A DNA stretch of 64,000 bases, taken from IMG/VR virus record IMGVR_UViG_3300044695_003767. The stretch is one strand, 5' to 3'. This DNA is from a virus. The notes below the pieces were generated by a model. That model had not been told where the DNA came from. It saw nothing but the letters and a program-made list of their open reading frames with translations, and searched no databases. Positions 36,318-48,300 of this stretch are shown here, one piece after another (position 1 is the stretch's first letter; each line of letters starts with the position of its first letter). Both the position numbers and the translations under genes were made by a program.

Positions 36318-39300
36318 ATGATACAAACGGGATTTGATTCAAGAGTTAAAATTACTGATGTTATTGACAACCAGCTTCCAAGTTTTGTTTTGGATGAAAA
36401 TCCAAAACTATCTGATTTTTTAAAGCAATATTATATTTCTCAAGAATATCAAGGTGGACCTGTTGATATATCTGAGAATTTAGATCAGTATTTAAAAATT
36501 AATAATATTATATCTGAATCAATTTCTGATAGAGAAGTATACTTAACATCGAATATAGGAACTGATAATAAAATTACAATTAGTGTAAATACAACAAAAG
36601 GATTTCCAGAAAAATATGGATTGTTAAAAATAAATGATGAAATTATTACCTATACTGGAATAACTACAAATTCATTCTTAAATTGTCAAAGGGGATTCAG
36701 TGGAATAACTGGATATCATCAAGATTTAAATGAAGAAGAACTAGTTTTTGAAAAAACTAATGTTCAATCACATCAAGAATTTTCTTCAGTTAAAAATTTA
36801 AGTTCCTTATTCCTAAAAGAATTTTATAAAAAAATAAAATATACTTTTGCTCCAGGATTTGAAGAACTTGATTTTGATCCAAGATTAAATGCAGGTAATT
36901 TTATCAAATCTATTCGTTCTTTTTATCAATCTAAAGGAACAGATGAGTCTTTTAAAATATTATTTAAAGTTTTATATAATGTAGAAGCAACGGTTGTAAA
37001 TTTAGAAAACTTTTTGATTAAACCATCTTCTGCAGAATATGTTAGAAGAGAAGTTATTTTAGTTGATCCAATCTCTGGAGAACCAAATAACTTAGTTGGT
37101 CAGGAAATAAAAAAGGAAAATGATTTAACAACTTTTGCATCTGTATCTGAAGTTGAAATTATTACAAGAAATTTTAAAACATATTATAAATTATCCCTTT
37201 TTGTTGGATACGATGAATCATCAACTATTCAAGGAAAATTTATTGTTACACCTAAATCTAAGTGTATTGAAACAATTGCAGTAGGTTCTTCCACAATTTC
37301 AGTAGATTCGACCATCGGATTTCCAGAATCTGGAACTTTAATTTCTGGAAATAATGAAAGTATCACATATTCTAGTAAATCCATTAATCAATTTTTTGGT
37401 TGTGCTGGAATTATTGATGAAATTTCGTATGGATCAGATATACGTAGTGATGATGTTTATTTTGGATATGAAAATGGAGATGTTTCTAAAAAAGTTAGAT
37501 TTAGTATACTAGGTTCTTTATCTAAATTTGAACAAATCTCAGACGTTTTAAACGGTGTTGCAGAAGGTGACGATATTAATATTAAGAGTCTTGGAAGTCC
37601 CATTGATAGAACTAGATTTTCAAATAAAACATTTAAAGAAATTTTTGCAAATTCTTGGATATACAATTCAAACTCAAGATTTTATATAGAAAATTTTAAT
37701 GGACCAAAAACATTAAACTTAAAATCACCAATTTTAAAAGATGATCTAACAAGTTTTAAACATGGTGACGCAGTAGAAATTGTTGAAAGAGGAACTAATA
37801 ATGTTGTTTTCACTTCACACATTGAGGAAAGAATAGGAGATAATTCAAAATCAATTAAATTATTGGGTTCTTTTACTCCTGTTGGTAATACAGAATATGA
37901 TTTAAGACGTAAAGTTAATAAAGCAAGCAGCCTATATGCGACAATTAAAGGTGGAAATGATAATATTATATCTGATGTAAGTAATTTATATACAAATACT
38001 GATAATGCATATGTAGCATCAAATTCACTTCCATCAAGTAATAGAGGACTGTCAATTCCATATAATTATCAGATAACCAAAAAACTAGATAGTTTCAATA
38101 TTACTAATACTAGTGGAACATTAGAAAATCAAATAGACATAGACTATAGCGTCATTTCTTTTGAAAATTCAACTTCATTTATTACAGGAGATAAAATATT
38201 TTATCAACCAGAATCAGATAATCTTGTAGGACTTGATACTGGATATTATTACGTTCAAATTGTATCTGCCGATAATAAAAAAATAAAGTTATACTCATCA
38301 CCATCTTTTATAGGAAGTTCAAGTTATTTAACTTTTAGATCACCATATATTTCTGGAATAGGAACACACAGATTTACTCTTGCAACACAAAAGTCTGCAA
38401 TTATTGGAGCACAAAAATTATTAAAAAAATTCCCACTTTCAAAAGATAGAAATACTCAAACAAATTTAAGTTCTAGTAAAGAAATTTTACCAGGACCTAT
38501 TGGTTTGCTAATCAATGGTGTAGAAATAGATAGTTATAAATCAACGGATAAAATTTATTACGGACCTTTAAAATCAGTTGATGTTTTAAATGGTGGCAAT
38601 AATTACGATGTTATAAATTTACCAAAAATTGTAGTTTCTGCTGGATTTGGTCAGACTGCTTTAATACAACCTGTTATTAGTGGTTCTCTCAATAAAATAT
38701 ATGTAGAAAACCAAGAATTTGATATTGAAAAAATACTATCAATTGGAGTTAATGGTGGAAATGGTAAAGGTGCTGTTTTAGAACCCACTTTAAACTTAAG
38801 GGTAAGAGAAGTTCTTTTTGATGGTAGGGCAACAACAATTGGTGGTGGTATCAATACTACAACAGGACAATTGACATTTGATGCTGATCATTATTTTAAT
38901 GATGGTGAAGAAATCTTTTACAATGCTAATGGAAATAATGGTATAGGTGTTGGTATTGGAACATCAACATTGATTGATAAAGCATCATATTATCCAAAAA
39001 GCACAAGCCCACGTACAGTTTTATTATATCCATCTTTTAATGACTACTCTACGGGTATTAATACAATAAGATTTAATACTGACAATAATTTTGGTGTACA
39101 TAAATTTTATACAAAATCAGATAAAAAAACTTTAACAGATATCAAGGTAATTAATGGTGGAGAAGGATATACTAATAGAAAATTAATTGTTAAACCATCT
39201 GGAATATCTACTACTACACATACTATAAATTTTTCAAACCACGGATTTAAAGATGGTGAATTAGTAGTCTATAATTATGAAACTTCGCCAATAAGTGGTA

Positions 39301-42300
39301 TTTCTACAGATTCTAATAATCAGTTTTATATTTTAAAACTTGACAATGATACATTTAGATTATGTGATGGTGGATTAAATGGGTCAATTTCTTCAAATTA
39401 CTCAAGAAAAAATTATTTAAAATTTACATCACAGGGAACAGGGTATCAATACTTTAGTTATCCAGCAATTACAGTTTCTGTAGAATTTAGTTCTGTTGGA
39501 TCATCCTCTACTATACAATCTGTAAAAAATCTCAACATAACTCCTTATGTAAGGGGAGAAATAATAGATGCATATCTATACGAATCTGGTACTGGTTATG
39601 GATCTACAATTTTAAATTTTGAAAAAAAACCAATTATTTCTATAAAAAATGGAAGAGATGCAAAAATAAAACCAAATATTAGTCAGGGCAAAATTAATAC
39701 TGTAAAGATAGAATATGGTGGATTAGAATATTTTTCTATTCCAGATATAGTTGCCAATGATCCTACAGGCAAAGGAAGTGGTGCTGAATTTTTACCAGTT
39801 ATTGACAATGGTAGAATAGTTAATGTTAAAGTTATAAACAGTGGTATAGGATATTCATCAACATCAACCATTTCTGTAATTCCTTCGGGATTTAATGCCA
39901 TTTTTGATACAAAAGTTAGATCACTCACAATCAATAATGCTGAGAGATTTAAATATGAGAATTATACAGAAACTTTAGATAGTGATTTAAAATATTCGAT
40001 TATTGGTTACTTTAAAAATTTACAAGATTCTTTCGAAGATGATGGTTCTAAGCATTCGAAGATTATTGGTTGGTCTTATGATGGAAATCCCATATACGGT
40101 GCATATGGATATACAGATCCCCAAGACACAAACTCCTCTCCAAAATCTTTACAATCTGGATATGCCCTAAACATTTTATATGAAGATAGACCGACAGGAT
40201 TTAGTGCAGGATTTTTTACAGAGGACTATGAGTATGTTGGTAGTGGAGATTTGGATCAAAATAATGGTAGATTTTGTAAAACTCCAGAATTTCCATTAGG
40301 CATTTATGCATATTTTTCCCCTATTAACAATATCAGCTACGTCCCACAATTTCCATATTTTATTGGAGATAGTTTTAAATCAAATGCTATAGATGAAAAT
40401 TATTATTTAAATCAGTCGTTATTTGATTTTTCTGAAAATAAAGTTTTAAGAAATACATATCCATACAAATTAATAGATCCTAATGCAGAAAATGACTTTT
40501 TATCTGGATTTTTTGATTTAAAAAATCAAATTATTAAGATAGAATCCATTTCTGGGGGATATGTAAATGGATATGAAATATTGAGTGGGGGAAATAATTA
40601 TAAAGTAAATGATTTGATTACTTTTGAAGAAAATGAAAATTCTAATCTTTTAGCAAAAGTTTCTTCAATCGAAGGAAAAACTATTAAAAATATTGTTTGC
40701 AATCAAGAAATATATGATGATATTGTTTTAACTAAAATTAATAATCAAACACTAAATTTTTCTGTTTCATCAACACATACATTAAATGATTCTGAATATA
40801 TTTCTTTATCTGGATTTTCTACAGTATTTAATAATTTAGATGGAATTTATAAAGTAGGTGTATCAACAGTATCTACCACTCTAGTAAATAATCTTCCAGC
40901 AGCTGCTTCTATTGGAACAACAGAAATTTATGTATCTCAGATTCCAAATTCAATTATTCCCGGAAATCTAATTGGAATAGGATCAGAAAGTGCATTAGTT
41001 TTAAACACATTTAAAGATAGAAATATTATAAGAATCAAAAGATCAACAACTGGAATATCACACACCACATCAACTAAAATTTCTCTTGTCCCAAATTCTT
41101 TCACCATTGATAAAAATATTGAAGATTTTGATTCAAAATTAAACAACAAGGTTTACTTTAATCCCGTAGAGTCTATAGGTGTGGGAACTCAATCTGGAAA
41201 TTCATCATTTGTAACATTTAATTTTGCAGATTTCACGGTACAAAGAGATATTCCTACTAGATCAATTTATCTAGAAAATCACCCATTTATCACAAACCAA
41301 AAAGTATTATTTACTCCACCGTCTGGATCAATTTCAGTATCAACAAATGGAACAAATACTTTTAGTATTCCACTTAGTGGATCATCCCAAGAATTTTATG
41401 TTGTCAATAAAACTATTAATACCATTGGATTGAAGACATCTTTTGATTCTGCAGAATTATTTTTCCATACAAATGGAATTAACAATGATGAATATTTGCT
41501 GGAAAGTCAATTCAATCAAATAAAAGGAAGTGCAACTAGATTTAAGACTACAGTTTCACTAGAAACTGCCCACGAGTTAAGTGATGGGGATTCTATTGTT
41601 TTAAATTTAAAGCCAAAATTGGGTGTGGGAATAGGGACCTCGACATTTGTTAATGTTTCTTATAATGAGACGTATCAAAAATTAATTTTTGATACCGTAG
41701 GGTTTGGTACGACCGCGGTTATCACTTCACAATTCTATTATACTAAACCAACTCAGCAAGCTATAATTGACACTTATGTTGGATTAGGATTTACTGTTGG
41801 ATTGGGAACAACAGGAACAAGAAGTTCTCAACAAATATATGATTTCATTTGGGATAATTACAGTAAATTTGATTTTGATGGTGATGGTGTAATTAGTGAT
41901 AATGATAGTTTGATTGCGGTTAGAGAAATGTCTGGTATTGGATTTTCTGGAGATTTGTTGATAAAAAATATTGTTTTTCCACAAAATGCAACAAGAAAGA
42001 CCGCAACTTCCATTAGATCTTATATAAACTCTTTAACCGGAGGAGTGGGAATAGGTAGCACCACTTATGATATTAATAATAGTGGATTAGTAGATTCAAA
42101 AATTGACGGTGAATTACTTACAAGGTTTACTTCCACAGATGGATTAGGAAAACCAGGTATTTACAATCCATCTCCTATAAGAGGGCAATTTAATATTCAA
42201 AACCATAGTTTTAAAACTGGTGATAAAGTACTATATTTGAATAATAATTTAGATACGTTACAACCTACTAATGATGGTGAGTATTTTATTATTAAAATAG

Positions 42301-45300
42301 ATGATAATAACTTACAATTAGCATTAACTTATAAGGATTGTATTAGCAATCCACCAAATGCTATTAGTATTGGATATACTGGATCTGATGGTCAGACCAT
42401 AGGACTAATCAATCCAGAAATTAGAGTAACAAAAAATAATGTTCTTACATTTAACTTAAAAGATCCTACACTTGCTGGATATGATCTTAAAATATACTAC
42501 GATAAGGAATTTAATGATGAATTTGTATCTACAGGTTCCACATCTTCATTTACTCGTTACAAAGTTGGAACTCCTGGAATATCAGTAGATGCATCCTTAG
42601 AGATTGAATATGATAATGAAACCCCACAAACTTTATATTACGCTTTGGAAAAAAATGGAAATGTTATTGCCCCAGATTTTGATGTACAAAATAATTCATT
42701 AATTACATATAATGATAGTTTGTATATAAAAACTTCACCATATACTATCGTTGGTTTGGGTACAACTACCTTTAACATATTCTTGGAAAAAACTCCAGAA
42801 AGAGTCTCTTATGCTAGTACGGAATGTGAAGTATTAGAATATTTTACTAACTCAAGAACTGCAAAGGGTCCAATTCACCAAATTGATATAACATCTAGAA
42901 AATCAGACTATAAGATAGTTCCGATATTGCAAAATATCCAATCAGATGAAGGAGTAGATGGAAATATCATCTTAAAATCAAATACAATAGGTGATATTAA
43001 AGAGGTAAAAATTACGAATGAAGGATTCCCATATCAATCCGATATTACATTAAAACCATCTGCATACATATCACCACAAATATTGATAAAAAATGCAAAT
43101 ACTATTAAATCTATTGAGATTAATAGTGGTGGATCAAATTACAGTACTGAACCCAACATTATTGTAGTAGATGTGCTAAGTGGACAAAAAATTGATAGTG
43201 GCATTTTAGAGGCAAGATTGTCAGGAACCTCCATTTCCTCCGTTTCGATCGTACAAAAACCAAAAGGAATATCTGATACTGAAGTTAAATTAATTGCAAT
43301 AAACAATACTAACGGATTTAGTATTCAAAGAATTGAAGTATACTCTCCTGTTGTTTTTGACTTATACATTTCTCAACCTACTGATGGATTTGTTATTGCA
43401 CCTTTTGCTCCCGGTGATAGTGTGTTTATAGAAGGTATTCAAAAAGATGACACAGTATCTGGAAATGGATTTAATTCTGAAAATTATGGATATAACTTTT
43501 TCAAAGTTATAGACTTTGATACTACAGGATTATTGGCTAAAATAAGAATAGATGCTTCAGAATTAACAAGTCTTGTCGGAACTCCAAAAACTATACAGGA
43601 TTTTGTTCCATTTATAATTAATGAAAAAAATTATCCAAAATTTCAGATAGAAAAGGAGAAACTAGGTTTTTCTCCTGGAGAAAAAATATTATCTAATGGT
43701 ATTGAAAGGGATTTGAGAGTTGTATTTTCTAGCAATTCTTACATAAAAGTATTTGGATCATATGAACTTAGTGTTGATGAAGTTATTACTGGAAAAGAAT
43801 CAGGTACAATAGTAACTGTTGCTGAGATTAAAGATAATATTGCACAATTTGAAATTGATTATTCTACTAAGGTTACTAATGGTTGGGCAAACAATGTTGG
43901 AAAACTAAACAATGATGATCAAGTAATTCCCGATAATGATTATTATCAAAATTTATCTTATACGATCAAGAGTCCAATTACATATGAAAAATCAAAAACT
44001 ATTGTAAATAATTTACTACACACAATAGGAACTAAAAACTTTAGTGATACTGGTATAACATCAACTTCCAATTTCTCGTTTAATAGTGAAGACTCGTCTA
44101 TCACAATTAAGGATATTGTTACTGATCAAAGAACTGACACAATTTATAGTTTTGATCTGGTTAAGGACATCAACTCTTTCAGTGGATATTCAAAATTCTT
44201 AGAATTTAATAATAAAAAACTAACACCTTATATTAATAATCAAACAAATAGAGTTCTTAAAATTGACAATATCAACAAAGAATTTTCAAATTTAGAATCA
44301 AATGTTAATCCATATTTGGATGTCGCAAATTTAACTATTGATAACAACGAGTATCTTAATATTCTAGTTAGAGTATCAGATGTAAATGGTTCAAAGGTTC
44401 AATTGAGTGAGCTAGTTATTCTTAATAAAGAAACAGACACTTTCTTATTAGAAAAAGGGTCAATTGTAAATGTTGGCACAGGTCTAACTGAGGTTTCTAA
44501 TGAAAAAATAGGAGATTTTTCATTAGAAACAAAAAATACGGAAATTAATTTAAGATTTACTCCTGTAGATCCCACTAGTACAGATTATGATCTTAAATGG
44601 ATTCAGAATTCATTTAGATCTAATGCAGTTGGAGTAGCATCAACATCGATAGGATTTGTTAAATTACTTAATTCCATTCAAAGGATTACTCCTGGCATTT
44701 CTACTGGTGTTGGAATTAGTACAAATATTATTTCACTTGAATCAACATCATTCAAATCATTACACGCTTCTATTCAAGTGACGGATGATGTGACAAATCA
44801 GATGCAATATTCTGAGATATATCTAACTCATGATGACACCAACAGTTATATTTCAGAATTTTATTTTGATGACTTTGGAAATGATGGAAATGCCTATTCG
44901 AGTAATTTTATAGGATCTTTCAGTTCAAATATAGATGTAATCTCAAATGTTTTATCTTTAGATTTTACAAATTCGGGAGTTAATACAAATAATATAACCA
45001 TTAAAGCAAATATTGTTGGTTTTGGTACAACTAGTCTTGGAATTGGTACATATAGATTTAAAAAATCTGGCACACCAAATGGTTTTGAAAGAAGTGCAAT
45101 TTATGATGCATACCATACATCTACAATATCAAATAATCCTGTTCAAATATTAACCAAAACAGCATCATCGTTTAACTCATTCAAATCTTTAGTTGAGGTC
45201 AGTATTGGATCCACAAAAGCTATACACCAAATTTTCACAATTTATGATGGATCTGATGTTTATGTAAAACAACTTCCATTCTTATCTGTTAGTGGTATAA

Positions 45301-48300
45301 GTACAAGTGATTTAGGTGTTGGGTTAGGTACATTTGGTGGAAGCATATCTGGTGGAAATTTAATATTAACATTTTATCCAGATCCAACATTCACTCAAAG
45401 AATCAATATATCTAATTTTAGTAAAATTTTATATTCTAGTGTTGACTCTATTAATGTTCCCCCAGATTTAAACTACTATAGTGATGCTGGAGCACTACTT
45501 GCAAAAGATTCCACTAAAGTAAAATATTATAATTCTATTAATGGTGAACGAATTAATAAAAAAGACTTTTTAATGTTTTATAATGAATTGCCAATTTTTG
45601 CAAGAGAAATTGATACCAGTCTACCTACGGAACTTAATCCAACCACAGGAACTTTTACATCAAATCAACACTTCTTTAGTGAAAATGAAGAACTAATTTA
45701 TACACCAAAATCGACAATTATTGGTATTGGATCTACTCCATTGATGTATAAGTCTAGTGGTGGAATTGGAACTTTACCATCTACAGTATTTGTAGTTAAC
45801 AAGTCTGAAAATACTTTCCAAATTTCGACTACAAAATCTGGAGTAGCTGTTACTTTTGTTTCGGTTGGTGAAGGAAATGCTCATATGTTTGAGATGAAAA
45901 AGAAAAATGAAAAATGCGTATTAACAATAGATGATGTAATTCAATATCCAATATTCCCCAAACAAATATACTATCAACTATCAAATCCAATTAGTGCTGG
46001 TCAATCAACATTCCAAATGACCGGCATTACCACAATTGTACCTAAAGATATATTAAAAATTGATAATGAATATATGGGAGTTTTAAGTGTTGGATTTGGA
46101 ACAACAAGTATTGGACCAATTGTTGGAACTGGCACTTTTGGATTAGTAACTGTTTCTAGGGGTCAACTGGGAACATTAAAAGCATCCCACAATTCAGGAT
46201 CTCAAGTGTCTGTAAATGTTGGTGCATTTAATATTGTCGGAAATACCTTATACTTTACAGATCCTCCAAGAGGAAATGTGCAAGAAGAAAAGGATAATAG
46301 TAATTTGGATTCTATTAAATCTGATTTTACTGGCAGAGTTTTCTTAAGAAAAGATTATACAACTAACATCATTTATGATGATATATCAACAAGATTTAAT
46401 GGAATTGGTAGAACATTCACTTTAACTGTTGGTAGTGCAAATACTGTTGGATTAGGAACAAGTGGTGGAAATGGGTTGCTATTAATTAATGGATTGTTCC
46501 AGACTCCAACAACATCAAATAATCCATTAAATAATTTTAGACTTGTAGAAAATGCAGGAATAACGAGTGTTGTTTTTACTGGTGTTAGAGTTAGTGGTAG
46601 TGCAGAATCTGATATTGTTTCTACTTATGATATAAATCAGAATGATAGGCCAAGAGGTGGTCTAATAATATCTATTGGTTCAACAACTGGTGTTGGATAC
46701 GCACCTTTAGTTGGAGCAAGAGTAAGACCTATAGTTAGTTCTGCTGGTACAATCACTTCTGTCGTTGGCACCTCTTATACGGGAACCTCAGTATCTATAA
46801 GTACAGCAAATTATAATAATTTTTCTGGATTGATTGAAATTACAACTTCCCAGCCACATCAATTATCTGAGAGTGATTTGGTAAGATTGGTTGGATTGGC
46901 ATTTACCTGCCCATCAAATCCAGGAGTTACTTCATATTTCCCAAGATCTACAGCATCTCATCTTGAATCTACTTTCCCAATCATAAGTATTGGATCCAGT
47001 ACAGTATTTACTGCAAAAGTTGGTATTAGTACTTTACCACATTCATATATTGGATTTGGAACTGTATTCCCTCAGTATAGTTTAAATTTTGGATCTGGGT
47101 ATAGAAGTCCAGTATCAATTGCAATTACACAATCTGGACATAGTGGTACGATAGCTTCTATAACTGCAAATGTTGGTGCTGGAGGAACTCTTTCATTTAC
47201 AGTGAATAGTGGTGGAAGTGGATATAGTACTACAACAAAAACTGAAATTTTTATTCCTGATCCTTCATATACTAATTTACCAGTAACAGGAGTATCAAGA
47301 GTTGGATTGGGTTCAACAACAACCACTGGAGTTGGACTATTATTGGATCTTGAAGTTGATAGCAATCCTTATAATGCTGGAGGAAAGTTCTATGATGCTG
47401 CCAATTTAATTTCCAGAAATTTACAACTTATTGCTGATGTTGCAGTTGGAAGAATGCTAGCAGCTTATCCTAGTTTTACCGTTCCAGGTGGAAATCAACA
47501 GTGTTCTGATGATATAAAATCTGTTTTAGAAACAGTAATTTATAATTTAAGATTTGGTGGAAATGATCAAGTTTATGAAGCAGCCAATATCTATAAGACA
47601 AATCAAACATTATTGTCGGGAGAAGAGATTCAATCAATTTATGCCTTTAATCAAGCAAGAGATCTTGCAATACAGGCTATGAGGAATGAAGTTATCAATA
47701 CTAATGGGTATACAACAGAAACCCAAGTTATCGATAACACAGTAATTGGAGACGCATCAGATACACCTGGAGTATATACTCTAGGGGACTGTGCAGACGT
47801 TGCATCTGCAATTGGATCTTATGTTGGTATTGTGACTAATACAATTGCAAATGTTATTGCTTACGGTGCAACAGCAACTATCCCTGCAACAAAGACAGTT
47901 GCAACAGGATCTCTGTTTAGTGTCAAAAACTTTACAGTAAAGAGACCAGGATATTCCTTCCAAAAAGGTGACGTTATTAGACCAGTAGGATTAGTAACTG
48001 ATGCAAGATTAAATAACCCACTGACTAATTTTGAATTGACAGTTTTAGATACGTTTACCGATTCTTTTGCATTATGGCAATTTGGTAACCTAGATTATAT
48101 TGACTCTGTTGCTGCTTATCAAAATGGAGTAAGACTTTCTTTCCCATTATATTATAATGGGCAATTATTAAGTTTCCAAAAGGATCCTAATTTTGATATG
48201 GATATGAAGAATTTGCTTGTAATTTTTGTTAATGGAATCCTTCAAGAACCAGGAAAATCATATGATTTTGATGGGGGAACAACACTTAGTTTTATTAATG

